Below, in pieces: positions 1 through 10,839 of a stretch of DNA of 64,000 nt; the stretch's first letter is position 1; each line of letters opens with the position of its first letter. The translations under genes and the position numbers were made by a program. The DNA is from Vulcanimicrobiota bacterium (GTDB lineage: Bacteria > Vulcanimicrobiota > Vulcanimicrobiia > Vulcanimicrobiales > Vulcanimicrobiaceae), in contig CAWGBN010000008.1 in NCBI GenBank assembly GCA_963820825.1, positions 384,001-448,000 on the forward strand, read 5' to 3'. The notes below the pieces were generated by a model. That model ran no database searches, had not been told where the DNA came from, and saw only the letters and a list, made by a program, of their open reading frames with translations.

Positions 1-1876
1 CTCGACTTTACGGCGAAGTACGCGACGCATCTTTTGCCTTCAGCGGCTCGACAAGACTGCTCGTCGCCCCGTCGATCGGGATCAAGCTCGTCACCCCCTG
101 GGTGAAGGGCCTCCTCACCCTTTCAGAAGCCCGCAATGGGCCTGCTGTACGACTCCAAGACCTGGCCGAAGTTCAACTGCCTGGTGCTGGTCGACCCGAA
201 CTGGGCGATCCTACCGGTCCGCTTCCGCACAAGGACAGCGATCCGTACACGATCGCCGTTACGCCGCTGCAGACGCGGGAAGGGCGCTGGTACACATTGG
301 CGCGATGTAATCGCGGCGCGTTCTGCTGGGTGGGCCGCCACCGCAAGTCCGTCAGTGCGATCCGCTTCGTTCCGAAGGGCCGCCATCAGGCACGAGACCA
401 CATCGCTTTCGCGGAGAGGTTGAGCTGCGATCGAAGCGCAGCCGTTCTTCACAGACGATCGTGGAGCAGCGCCAGATCGCCAAGCGCGGAGCAAAGGACG
501 ATCCGGATCTCGCGGCGCTTGAAAGGGGCCTAAAGCAGATGGCGGCCAGCGGTGCGTACGGCATCTATGCCGAGGTCAACGTCACGCCCCGCAGCCGCGA
601 CGACCGACGTGCCGGGCGAGGCGTATTCGGACATCATGCTATCCGACGGCCGAAGGTCCACGACGAACGGCCCGGCGCTTTGCGAATCCGATTATTGCAA
701 GCCTCGTCACCGGCGGCGCACGGCTGATGCTCGCCATGCTCGAACGCGAGGTGACGCGCCGCGAGGCGGCACGTTTGCCTTCTGCGACACCGACAGCTCT
801 CGCGATACCTCGCGGAGACGAACTGCCCCGATGGGATCCCCTGCGTGCCGGAAGCGACCATCGGGGAGATCGTTGCTGCGTTCGATGCGCTCAACCCGTA
901 CGATCCAGCCACGGTGCCGCACTTGCTCAAGGTCGAGTATCCGGGCATTTCCGATCTGCGGTGCTTCGCTGTTTCCGCGAAACGGTACGTCCTCTATCGG
1001 TGGCGACCCGGGCGCCGCATTGAGATCGTGAAAGCCTCGGAGAGTGCGCTGGGTGCGATTATCGGACGACCCGCAACGAATCGACCGCAAAGCTGGCGCG
1101 TCGGGTGTGGCTGTCGATCCTGATAAAACACCTTGACGTTAACCCGCAGCAGCGGCGCCGGGCCAAGCCGCTGATCGATTTCGACGTTCCCTTGCGCCGG
1201 AAGTTTCCGATTAGCCAGCCAGCGATCTTTGCAACGAATGAAAGCCTACAACAAGGGGCGGACATACGACCATCGGTCAAGCCGTTCGGCTTCGTGCAGA
1301 CCGTAATCCCGCCCGTGAAGATCGGAGCGAAGGAGTCCCCTACCGATTGCGCCGTTTGAACTCGATCTTGCAAAATCCAAGCGCTCGCGTGGGTCGACTT
1401 TAACACCGGCGAGCCGATGCGCCTAGATTGGCACGAAAGCCACATGGCGGGCACCATCCCCGTCATGCGGCTGAGCGACGTACATCGAGCGATATCACGA
1501 ACCACCCCGAAGCCAAGGCCGCCGATCGGATCGGCAATCCCGCAGGGCCGGAAACGACTGGGCCTTCTCCAGCGACTGCAAGCTGCGGTCAGAGAGGCTT
1601 GCGCGAATCGGTAAGGAAGTCGATCGGCTCGATGAGGACGAGGGTGCTTCGCTTGAGGCCGGTCAGCCCACCGAATACGAGCGCGACGACCTGGCGGAGG
1701 ACATAGCGTGGTTAGCGACGTTCCCGCGCGAACAGGTAGCCAACGACATCGGCATATCAGAACGGAGGTGGCGCGATATCATAGAGCATCGATCCAACCC
1801 ACGTCGCGGAACCGCTGCTCAAATCAATCGCGTTGCGGAAGAGTATGGGCATCAGTTTAATATCGGGCAGAATTAG
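1..1876 (+). pseudogene. Family B DNA polymerase (casposon/mobile-element type) with C-terminal HTH; 5' end outside the window, many frameshifts
   Basis: PolB motifs in order across shifting frames: LDFTAKYAT (motif A-like, nt 1-27), LKQMAASGAYGIYAE (motif B-like), AFCDTDS (motif C), SAKRYVLY. Terminal HTH-like REQVANDIGISERRWRDII, stop TAG at 1874-1876. Confidence 0.8.
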
Positions 1877-1928
1877 GAAACCATCGACTCACGGTGTGGA
1901 CTGGCCGGTCGACTAGGGCGGCGTTGAC

Positions 1929-4004
1929 TTACCCGGCTCGATCTCCGTAAGGATTCGGTCGGCGTGATAGACTTGCCGTAATCCAGCCAGTATCGTGCGA
2001 CTGTCCACGAAAACCGCACGATTGGTAGCTCGCCTCGTACTCGTAGTCACCGCCGAGGCCAAAGATGTTCGTGTCGAAGAAGACACCGACGATATCGGCC
2101 TCCCGGTTCAGCACGGGGCTTCCGGAGTAGCCGCCGATCGTGTCGTTCGTCGTCACGAAATCCATCGGGGTGGAAAGGTCGAGCGACGACTTCGCCAGCA
2201 ACCAGCTCTGCGGAAGGGCAAACGGCGGGGCGCCGGTCGCACGATCGTACAGGCCCGCGATCGTCGTGTACGGCTCGACGAAGCGTCCTTGGGCGTCGGT
2301 AAATCCCTTAACCGCGCCGTAGGAGAGACGTAAGGTGCCCGTCGCATCGGGATCGATACTGATACCGTAGACGGCAAATCGAGCTTGCGCGATCCGCTCG
2401 GCGGCGGTCCGGCTCGGAGCACGGAACTCAGCGTCGAATTGCTTACGATCGGCTCGCACTTGCGGATCGATTGAAACGGCGAGGCGAATCATCGGGTCCG
2501 TCGACGCAGCGATCGCCGCCGCGCCTCCTGCGTAGAGCGCCTGACGCATCTTCGGATCGGCTAGCTGCGTGCCGAGGACGAGCCGGTGTGCCAGCTCTTC
2601 GGGCGACTCATTGCCTAACAGCTTGCGAACGAAAGGATCGTCGGGGCCGACCTCGCGCCGCACGAGCGTAAACGCAAAAGCGAGCCGCAGTTCCTCGAAA
2701 TCGGCGTAGATCGGCGCGGGCGCTTCGAGCTGCTGCTGGACCTCTACCAACGCCTGATCGGTGAACTCCGGCAGGCGTTCGGCGTTTGGTTTTACGCGTT
2801 CAGACGCCGCCTGGACTAGAGTGACGGCATAGTCCAGGAGACCCGAATCGGCGAAGTTGCTGATGTTAACTATCGCAGCCGCGGCGCCGAACTGGTTGAT
2901 CTGTATTCGTTTGCGTTGGATCGCGGCCATTTCGTCCCAAGTCTGCCCGAACCGGCCGGCGAGCGACGGGTTCGCGGCGACGGCCGACCGAAGGCGCCGT
3001 TCCTCGGCTTCTTTGGCTGCAAACACTGCTGGAGTGAGGAGGGCTTCTTCGTATCCGAGTATGCCCTTATAGGAATTCTCGATTGAATTGAGCGTTGATT
3101 CGGCTTCGGCGGAACGTTGCGGGCTTTCGTCAGAAAAGCGTTCGAGTAGGCCGCGGTACTCGGCTAAGACGACGAGCGTATGAGGCCAGGCGTTGTCCCG
3201 ATAGTAACTCAGCTGTGAAACGGTTAGCTCACGACTCGTGGTTGCCGGGCTGCCGGGAACGAACGTGAGCTCGCCGGTCTTGGAGCCGTTCCGGCTCCAT
3301 CGGAAATAATCGGGAGTGCTCGCGCCCTTGCCGCCATCGTACGCGCGCAAGAAGCAGACGTCGTACTGATAACGTGGAAAGTTAAAATTGTCGGGGTCGC
3401 CACCAAAATACGAAATAGCCTCTTCGGGAGAAAAGGCGAGCCGCACGTCGGTAAATCGGTGGTACCGATAAAGATCGTAGACGCCGCCTTCGTACAGCGA
3501 GACGAGATCGCAACTGGTACTCGCGTCGTCCCCGCAGCTCTGCTCGAGCTTCGCGCGCGCAGCGTTTAATGCTGCATTTTGTGCTTCGCCCGTCTTGCCG
3601 CCCATGGCGGCTCGGATCTGGTCGGTTACGTCGCGAATCTGCACGAGTTGATCTAGCTCGAAGGTAGGGCAGCGCCGCTCGTCAACGGGCGTGCGCGCAA
3701 CGAAGCCGGTCTGGGCCAGATCTTGCTGCGGCGTCGATAGATCGTGGATGCAGTCGTCGATGCAGTGTCGTGCCGTCATGACGATCCCGTTCGGGGAAAC
3801 GAACGACGCCGAGCAGCCGGCCGGCATCAGCCGCAACGAGGCTAATCGGACGCGATCGAGCCACTGCGGCGACGGTGTAAAACCGTATGCCCGACCGACG
3901 CGATTCGCCGGGAAGTTATCGAAGGTCCACATGCCCTCGTCAGCGAGCGTGCGCTGAGGAATAAGAATGCTCAGTGCAAGGGCGATGAGAAGGATCCGTA
4001 CCAT
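1929..4004 (-). CDS. Secreted S46 family peptidase (dipeptidyl-peptidase 7/11-like); probable frameshift near the C-terminus
   Basis: Signal peptide then ADEGMWTF; GCSASFVSPNG, TARHC, GGDPDNFNFPR, PDATGTLRLSYG, DTIGGYSGSPV; RBS AAAGGA before ATG at 4004. Confidence 0.9.
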   Translation of the reverse strand: MVRILLIALALSILIPQRTLADEGMWTFDNFPANRVGRAYGFTPSPQWLDRVRLASLRLMPAGCSASFVSPNGIVMTARHCIDDCIHDLSTPQQDLAQTGFVARTPVDERRCPTFELDQLVQIRDVTDQIRAAMGGKTGEAQNAALNAARAKLEQSCGDDASTSCDLVSLYEGGVYDLYRYHRFTDVRLAFSPEEAISYFGGDPDNFNFPRYQYDVCFLRAYDGGKGASTPDYFRWSRNGSKTGELTFVPGSPATTSRELTVSQLSYYRDNAWPHTLVVLAEYRGLLERFSDESPQRSAEAESTLNSIENSYKGILGYEEALLTPAVFAAKEAEERRLRSAVAANPSLAGRFGQTWDEMAAIQRKRIQINQFGAAAAIVNISNFADSGLLDYAVTLVQAASERVKPNAERLPEFTDQALVEVQQQLEAPAPIYADFEELRLAFAFTLVRREVGPDDPFVRKLLGNESPEELAHRLVLGTQLADPKMRQALYAGGAAAIAASTDPMIRLAVSIDPQVRADRKQFDAEFRAPSRTAAERIAQARFAVYGISIDPDATGTLRLSYGAVKGFTDAQGRFVEPYTTIAGLYDRATGAPPFALPQSWLLAKSSLDLSTPMDFVTTNDTIGGYSGSPVLNREADIVGVFFDTNIFGLGGDYEYEASYQSCGFRGQSHDTGWITASLSRRPNPYGDRAG

Positions 4005-4207
4005 GCGCCGTCCTTTCGTGCGGAGCCTAGACGGCGAGGAACACTGCCGCCCGAGCGCGGGCAAAGGCGAGGTCACCTCGGACTCTTCAGCCGAAGGGCC
4101 ACGGCGCCTTCCTACGCAATGCGGCGATCCCGCGCGCTTTGGCCGAGCCGAGGCTTTTCGGTTGCCTACGCGAGGTCGCGTAGCGGCCAACGAGCAAAAG
4201 GTAGGCG

Positions 4208-7200
4208 ATGACGAAGATTCCTTTGCGCTTCGTGTTGGGTTCGGCGTTCGCGCTTTTTCCGGCATTGGCCGGCGCGCAAACCGAAACTTCCACGTCGCCA
4301 TTAACTTCAACGTCGCCATTCGCGCGCATGACGTGGCGGGCGATGGGACCCGCCAGCATTGGACGTACCACGGCGGTAGCGGGTTCGGCTGCCAACGACA
4401 AATTGTACTATCTCGGCTCCGCCGGGGGCGGCGTCTGGAAGAGCGTGGACGGCGCAAGAACGTGGTCGCCCATATTCGAGACGCAACGCGTGGCAGCGAT
4501 CGGCGCGGTCGCGATCGACCCCGCGGACGACGCCACGGTTTGGGTCGGCACGGGAGAAGGCAATCCACGCAACGACGTGAGCTACGGCGACGGCGTGTAT
4601 AAGACCACGGATGGCGGCGCGACGTGGAGCAACCTCGGTTTGAAGGACACGAAGTATATCTCACGCATCCTTATCGATCCGCGCAATCACAATCACGTCC
4701 TCGTCGGCGCGGAAGGCGATGTTTTCGCCGACGGCACGGAACGAGGCGTGTACGTCACGGACGACGGCGGGAAGAGCTGGCGAAAAACGCTCTACGTCGG
4801 CCCGATGAGCGGCGTTTCGGACATGGCGCTGGACCCGCATAACCCCAACATCGTCTATGCCGGCATATGGCAGTTTCGCAGATATCCGTGGACGTTTCAG
4901 AGCGGCGGACCCGACGACGGTCTGTACAAATCGACCGACGGCGGGAACACGTGGAATAAACTTACCGGACACGGCCTGCCGACCGACACCGTCGGCCGTA
5001 TCGGGATCTCGGTAGCACCGAGCAACGGCAGTCGAGTTTACGCCTTGATCGAATCGAACCAGGGGCTCTTATGGCGCTCGAACGACGGAGGCGAAAGCTG
5101 GACGATGGTAAACGACGATACGCTCGTCGATCAACGTCCGTTCTATTTTACGCATATCGAAACCGACCCAAAGAACCCGGATCGTCTGTACGGCGTCTCG
5201 GAGGGGCTTTCGGTTTCAAAAGACGGTGGCCGCACCTTCGCTCGCATCGATGACCAAAACGAAGATTACCATCAACTGTGGATTGCCCCCGGCGACTCCT
5301 CTCGGATGATCGCCGCGGCCGACGGGCAATCTTCGTTGACTCTGGACCGCGGCGCGACGTGGTTCGGCTCGACGAATCTGCCGATCGGCCAGACCTATCG
5401 CGTCGGCCTTAGTCGCGAAAATCCATATTGGGTGTGCGCCGGGTTTCAAGATAGTCCGTCGTGGTGCGCACCGAGCAATTCGCAAGATCCCAACGGCATT
5501 CTAAACAAGGCCTGGATTTGGGCGTCCTATGGCGACGGCCAATGGGCGGTTCCCGACCCCATCGATCCAAACTTCATTTGGGCCGACACGGAAAACGGGA
5601 ATGTTTACGTTTCGAACAAGATCACAAAAGATGTTTGGATTGCAGCGCCGTACCTCCAGAATGCAAGCGAAGCCTTCGATAACCGACTCGCGCGCTACCG
5701 ATTCGGATGGGAAGCGCCGATCGCATTCGCTCCCTGGGACGGGCATGTGGCGTGGCTGGGCGGTAACCGCGTCTTTGAAAGCACCGACCGCGGTTCGCAC
5801 TGGTCGGTCATAAGCCCCGACCTTACGCGTAACGAGAAGAAGAGGCAACAGCCATCCGGTGGGCCGGTCAAATACGACGTTTCGGGCGCCGAAGAGTTCG
5901 ATACGATCGTAGACATTGAGGGCTCGTCCCTGAAGAAGGGAGAGATCTGGGTCGGTACCGACGATGGGCTCGTGCAGCTGACGCGTGACGGCGGCAAGCA
6001 CTGGCAGGACGTTACGCCGGCGGATGGGCCGCGTGTCGGCAGGTATGCAACCGTCGCACCTTCGCCGCTTCTCGATGGGACCGCGTACGCTGTCAACGAC
6101 GCGCATTACACGGGCGACGGCGCTCCGTACGTCTTCGTTACGCACGACTTCGGGAAACGCTGGACCTCGATTACGAACGGGCTGCCGAAGGACGAGTGGG
6201 CCCGCGCGATTCGCCCCGACATTCGGAATCGCGATCTCATTTTTCTCGGAACCGAGCAGGGCATCTGGGTGTCCTTCGATGCCGGTACGTCGTGGCACAG
6301 TTTCAAAAACGACATGCCGACTGTCTCGATTCGCGACATCCGGATACAAGCCGACTTCGACGACCTCGTCGTCGGGACGCATGGACGTTCGATCTACATC
6401 ATGGACGACATCAGGCCGTTGCAGGACCTTAAACAGGCGCAAGCAGCTGGTCTGTGGCTCTTTAGGCCGCGCACTTCCTACGAGTATAATACGCGGTCCG
6501 ACGAATGGATAAGAGCCGACTACGTGGCACCGAATCCGCCGAATGGGGTTCCCATCTCGTACTTCCAAAGCGCGCCTCAGAAGAACCCTCCGAAGCTCGA
6601 GATTCTCGACGCCAGCGGCCACGTGATCAAGAATGTGCCCAACGTCCCGAACGACGCCGGCATCAACCGATACGTTTGGGACTTCAGCGTAGACGGGCCC
6701 GTCAAGTGGAATGGCGCCGCACCGTTCTTGCAGCCGTCGGATTCGGGAGCGATGGTTCCGCCCGGCACGTACGCGGTCCGCCTGACGCTTGGTAAGAAGG
6801 CGTTAACGCGAAGCGTTCGCGTCATGGCCGATCCGCGGACGGTCGAGACGCAGTCGCACATCGTAGCGTCCTTTGCTTACGCACAACATTGCAATGCGCA
6901 GCTCTCGATCGTCGATACGATGCTCAACAATTTGGACGACGCGTCGAAATCCTTAAGCGCGGCCTCGGCGCGATCCGAGAACGCCGGAAACTCGCCGCTC
7001 GGCGCTCGTATCGCAGGCGCGCTGAACACGGAGAAACGGGTGCGTGCCTATCTCACCGCCGACTATCGCGGCACGGAAGACAATATTCTTCGACCCGGTG
7101 CGTTGCGAGAAGACATTTGGATCAGCTGCGGCGAGACGTTAGTAACGCCGGCCTTCCTTCGAGCCCAACGCGACATCGATGCGTCATTCCACAAAGGCGT

Positions 7201-7312
7201 CGATCTCTACAATGCGTTCGCCGGTACGATTCCCGCGCTTAATGCGGCTCTCACTGCAGCGAAGCAAGCGCCATTGCCGATCATCGGAACGGTAAGCGAC
7301 GAACGCCACTAA
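4208..7312 (+). CDS. Secreted VPS10/sortilin-like BNR-repeat glycosyl hydrolase-like protein
   Basis: Signal peptide; WRAMGPASIGR; many S/TxDGGxTW Asp-box repeats; GTHGRSIYIMDD. Confidence 0.85.
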   Translation: MTKIPLRFVLGSAFALFPALAGAQTETSTSPLTSTSPFARMTWRAMGPASIGRTTAVAGSAANDKLYYLGSAGGGVWKSVDGARTWSPIFETQRVAAIGAVAIDPADDATVWVGTGEGNPRNDVSYGDGVYKTTDGGATWSNLGLKDTKYISRILIDPRNHNHVLVGAEGDVFADGTERGVYVTDDGGKSWRKTLYVGPMSGVSDMALDPHNPNIVYAGIWQFRRYPWTFQSGGPDDGLYKSTDGGNTWNKLTGHGLPTDTVGRIGISVAPSNGSRVYALIESNQGLLWRSNDGGESWTMVNDDTLVDQRPFYFTHIETDPKNPDRLYGVSEGLSVSKDGGRTFARIDDQNEDYHQLWIAPGDSSRMIAAADGQSSLTLDRGATWFGSTNLPIGQTYRVGLSRENPYWVCAGFQDSPSWCAPSNSQDPNGILNKAWIWASYGDGQWAVPDPIDPNFIWADTENGNVYVSNKITKDVWIAAPYLQNASEAFDNRLARYRFGWEAPIAFAPWDGHVAWLGGNRVFESTDRGSHWSVISPDLTRNEKKRQQPSGGPVKYDVSGAEEFDTIVDIEGSSLKKGEIWVGTDDGLVQLTRDGGKHWQDVTPADGPRVGRYATVAPSPLLDGTAYAVNDAHYTGDGAPYVFVTHDFGKRWTSITNGLPKDEWARAIRPDIRNRDLIFLGTEQGIWVSFDAGTSWHSFKNDMPTVSIRDIRIQADFDDLVVGTHGRSIYIMDDIRPLQDLKQAQAAGLWLFRPRTSYEYNTRSDEWIRADYVAPNPPNGVPISYFQSAPQKNPPKLEILDASGHVIKNVPNVPNDAGINRYVWDFSVDGPVKWNGAAPFLQPSDSGAMVPPGTYAVRLTLGKKALTRSVRVMADPRTVETQSHIVASFAYAQHCNAQLSIVDTMLNNLDDASKSLSAASARSENAGNSPLGARIAGALNTEKRVRAYLTADYRGTEDNILRPGALREDIWISCGETLVTPAFLRAQRDIDASFHKGVDLYNAFAGTIPALNAALTAAKQAPLPIIGTVSDERH

Positions 7313-7614
7313 CTCGCAGCTTCGGGATCATTCGATTGCCATGACGAGCGTGCCGCCGAGGTCGACGTTCTGCGCCTCGACGCCGAAGTTAATCCCCGGG
7401 CCTTGCAGACGCTCTCCAGCCAGACGCGCCTCGCAATTTGTGCAAAACATAACCGCCCAAAGCGGTCAACGACTATCTAGCTGGTAACCTGTACGAATAA
7501 GCAGCTACGCGCATCACCTCGATCGCTAGGCCTAACCGGGGGTCTTCTCCCAAGATTTTACGCCACGGATAACTAGAAAATGGCGGCGAACACCGACCGA
7601 CAGGAGGTTCGCCC

Positions 7615-7881
7615 GTGCGCAAGTCCCGCTACTCCGACGAGCAGATCGCCGCAGCCCTGCGCCAAGCCGAAGCCGGCACGCCGATCGTCGATATCACCCG
7701 CAAGTTGGGAATCTCCGAGGCAACGTTTTATGCCTGGCGCAAGCGTTTTGGCAGTTTGGGAACGCCGGAGATCCGCGAGTTGCGTCAGCTACGTGACGAA
7801 AACGCGCGCCTTAAGCGACTCGTTGCAGATCTGACGCTGGATCGTCAGGTCTTGCAGGACGTCGTTAAAAAAAAGTGGTGA
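7615..7881 (+). CDS. IS3 transposase OrfA
   Basis: MRKSRYSDEQI...LGISEATFYAWRKRF...ENARLKRLVADLTLD. Confidence 0.9.
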   Translation: MRKSRYSDEQIAAALRQAEAGTPIVDITRKLGISEATFYAWRKRFGSLGTPEIRELRQLRDENARLKRLVADLTLDRQVLQDVVKKKW

Positions 7882-8536
7882 GGCAGGTGCGCCGCACAGT
7901 CATGCTGCCAAAGGTGCGCGAGGCCTGGCGCTTGAGCGAACGGCGGGCGTGTGTCGTACTCGACATCAATCGCAAGATGGTGCACTACTGCCCCGTCAAG
8001 CGCGACGATCCCATTCTGCGCGCTCGGATCAAGGAGATCGCTCACACGCGCATTCGCTACGGCTACGAACGGATCACGATCCTGTTGCGGCGTGAAGGCT
8101 GGCAGGTCAATCGCAAGCGCGTGCGGCGGATCTATCGCGAAGAAAACCTCGCAATCCGTACGAAAACACCCGAAACGCCGGCGCGCCGCAGTCGTGCGGA
8201 CAGAACGGGTCGTACCCAGCGCGCCAAATCAGAGCTGGGCCATGGACTTCATGCACGACGTGCTCGCTGACGGCACCAAGATTCGCCTTTTAACCATAGT
8301 CGATTCATTTACTCGCGAGAGCCTTGCCCTCGAGGTGGCCTCGGGGTTCAAATCGACCGACGTCGTCGAGGTACTTCGCCGCCTCGTTGCCGAGCGTGGA
8401 TCACCGCAACGGATCCACTGCGATAACGGCCCAGAGTTCGTATCTTTGCAGCTGGATCAGTGGGCCTACTGGAATCGGGTGAAGCTCGACTTCTCGCGGC
8501 CCGGGCGCCCGTCAGATAACGCTTTTTGCGAAGCCT
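7875..8536 (+). pseudogene. IS3 transposase OrfB, extra frameshift near 8170, truncated
   Basis: RYGYERITILLRREGWQVNRKRVRRIYREE continues in another frame as PNQSWAMDF...DNGPEF. Confidence 0.85.
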
Positions 8537-9611
8537 TGCTTACCACGACGCCCTCTGGCGTACTAAAGCCCCTCAGCGTATTGGTGGGGTAACCGCCGGC
8601 CGGATAATGATAGAACGAAGCGGTGTTATTTTGTTGACCATTTTGGAGCGTCACAATCACTTTGCCGTCCTGAATCCAAAAGTCTACTGGATACGAGGCG
8701 TAAGAACCATAACCAGTGTTGAGAGGCGTCCTGGCCACGCCCGATGCGCCCGAGGGCGTGATCTTTAAGCCGTAAATTACCGCGGGTATGTTGTTGTCGT
8801 CTGCGACAGCGAAATATTGGCCCTTGCCGTACCATTGAACGCCGCTCGGGGCGAGGCAGCATCCCCCGCTAACTGACAGCTGCTTAACCACGTGGCTGCC
8901 TTTAGCAAGCTCGAATAATAGGAAGAGTCCCTCGTCACAGCCGCCGTTGTCATCGATGAGAAGATTGCCGCTATTGTCGTAGGCGAGCCAACGCGGAGCC
9001 CCCATGCACTCCTCTGTATAGTAGTGAATCGGCTTGCCCTGAGCTTTCTTATAGATCGCAATTCCCAGCGTCGCGGTGCCCTTCGCGATCCAACCGTTGG
9101 AGAGAGCCAGATTCCCTGTCGTCGGGTCTACGGCGCAATCCGCGGGGACGTAGTAGTTCGCTGAGTTTTCGCTCAGGGTCGCAATCGGCGTCGTGCCGCC
9201 GTGCGCGTACTCGATGACATATGGCGTGTTAGGGGGGGAATATGCCGCATCCTGATTCACGATCCAAACGTCGCCCTTCCCGTCGACGCACATGCCGGTG
9301 GGCGCATCCAGGGGCGAGCCCTGCAACTCTCCCTCCAAGTGCACCTTTGGAAATGAGTAAACATCAACCGTGCTGTTGCCACCATTGGAGATATACAGGA
9401 GGTCCTGCTTCTTGGCGTCGGGAGCCATCCAGGACCTCCCGTGACCGTCGACCCGCGCCGAACGAACCTTATAGTGTCGAATTGCCTGTGCGAGGCCGAT
9501 TCGCGTAACGGCTGAAGCGCCGGGCAACGTCGCGCCGCTGTTACAGCCGGAGAGAAGAATTATACTTGCTACAGTGCTTGCTGCGTACGGGGTGAGCATT
9601 CGCGCCTTCAA
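8466..9611 (-). CDS. Beta-propeller lipoprotein of unknown function; C-terminus runs into IS3 antisense sequence
   Basis: Lipobox LLSGC; SWMAPDAKKQDLLYIS; EYAHGGTTPIATL; CAVDPTTGNLA; paralog of 9615-10661. Confidence 0.8.
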   Translation of the reverse strand: MKARMLTPYAASTVASIILLSGCNSGATLPGASAVTRIGLAQAIRHYKVRSARVDGHGRSWMAPDAKKQDLLYISNGGNSTVDVYSFPKVHLEGELQGSPLDAPTGMCVDGKGDVWIVNQDAAYSPPNTPYVIEYAHGGTTPIATLSENSANYYVPADCAVDPTTGNLALSNGWIAKGTATLGIAIYKKAQGKPIHYYTEECMGAPRWLAYDNSGNLLIDDNGGCDEGLFLLFELAKGSHVVKQLSVSGGCCLAPSGVQWYGKGQYFAVADDNNIPAVIYGLKITPSGASGVARTPLNTGYGSYASYPVDFWIQDGKVIVTLQNGQQNNTASFYHYPAGGYPTNTLRGFSTPEGVVVSKASQKALSDGRPGREKSSFTRFQ

Positions 9612-9614
9612 GAT

Positions 9615-10661
9615 TTAGTTACTCCCTTTGCTTACCGTCACGCTGTAGGGGTAATAAGGAGGCGCAAAAAGATTCATGGTAGCGGTACCTCCAGCCGGAT
9701 ACGGATAGAACGCTACCCCTAATCCGCCGGTCTTGTTTGGCGCAAATACTCTGTCGCCCTGAATCGCGAACTGGAAGACTTCCGACGCACCGGTCAGCGG
9801 TGTCGAGCCAACTTCCGTTCCGGCGCCTCTTCTTATCGTGAACTCATAAATCGTGCTTGCTGCTTCGTCGCCGACCGCCAAGTACTTGCCGACCCACTGA
9901 ACGCCGCCGGGGACGCTGATGGACTGGTTCAGCGAAATGGTCCTAAACGTACTGCTACCCTTTGGAAGTTCGGTAAGCGCAAAGCTATTGCTAACGTCGC
10001 CGTCGACGAAAAGGTTGCCTCTTCTGTCGTAACTACAGAAATACGCCTGGTTGAGGTCCGAATCCGAATACACAGTAGGCGTTCCTGTGTAAGGCGGAGT
10101 GTAGACGACAACGCCTCCCGGCGGTCCGGATCCATTGTGGTAGATATTCGCAACGGCGAGATTCCCGGTCGTCGGGTCGACTGAGCAGCCTTCCTCAATG
10201 TCCGCTGGGTCGCTCAGAGTCGCGATTGGGCTGGTGCCGCCGTGAGCATACTCAACGATCGTTCCCGGCCCCTGATTGAGGATAAAAACGTCACCCGCTT
10301 GGTCGGAGCAATCGCCAAGCGGATTGGAAAACCCCGTCAGAGTGCCCACCAAGGTGTCTTTGCTCTCGTTGCTCTTGTCCTTGAAGACGTAAACATAGCT
10401 AGGGTTCGTATCGTCGGTAACATAGAGGAGGTTATCCCTGCTCACGTCGGAGTCCATCCATGAACCGTTGCTCTCGCGCTTTATCCCGGCAGTCTTTGGC
10501 GCGCCAGCCTGAGCTGGAGCGTTCAAGACCGCCTGACCTGCACGCTGCGGGATCGCCATTGATCCGCTCGACTGTGACTGCAACCCGCCGCTGCCACAGC
10601 CTACCATGGCGACTGCCGCGCAGGCGCCTAAACCATAGTGCAAAGAGTTCCAAACTCGCAT
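9615..10661 (-). CDS. Beta-propeller lipoprotein of unknown function
   Basis: Lipobox MVGC; SWMDSDVSRDNLLYV; EYAHGGTSPIATL; CSVDPTTGNLA; RBS AAGGAG. Confidence 0.85.
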   Translation of the reverse strand: MRVWNSLHYGLGACAAVAMVGCGSGGLQSQSSGSMAIPQRAGQAVLNAPAQAGAPKTAGIKRESNGSWMDSDVSRDNLLYVTDDTNPSYVYVFKDKSNESKDTLVGTLTGFSNPLGDCSDQAGDVFILNQGPGTIVEYAHGGTSPIATLSDPADIEEGCSVDPTTGNLAVANIYHNGSGPPGGVVVYTPPYTGTPTVYSDSDLNQAYFCSYDRRGNLFVDGDVSNSFALTELPKGSSTFRTISLNQSISVPGGVQWVGKYLAVGDEAASTIYEFTIRRGAGTEVGSTPLTGASEVFQFAIQGDRVFAPNKTGGLGVAFYPYPAGGTATMNLFAPPYYPYSVTVSKGSN

Positions 10662-10839
10662 TTTCGTAATCTCCTTATGAGGGAAGCGCGGCCCTCGTCA
10701 AAGAAGCGCTAGGCCGATCATAGCTCGGAAAGATTGAAGGGAGCGTTTTTGGCAAAAACATGGCAAAGATAGTCGTGCCTACCGCGAACGATTTCTGTTG
10801 GTGCTTTGCTCCCTACGGAAGCTGATTGAGCTACCTAGC

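Larger units (their letters stand above)
7540..8536 (+). mobile_element. IS3-family insertion sequence, 3'-truncated
   Basis: orfA HTH plus orfB DDE integrase core (WAMDF, DSFTRE, IHCDNGPEF, PGRPSDNAFCE); A8G slippery site at 7867-7875; homology stops at the catalytic E and no right end is seen; left boundary approximate. Confidence 0.88.

Noticed and set aside
4005..4664. N-terminal extension of the 911-aa ORF
   Set aside because: Antisense to the 4208 gene; the real S46 protein starts at 4004 with an RBS and signal peptide
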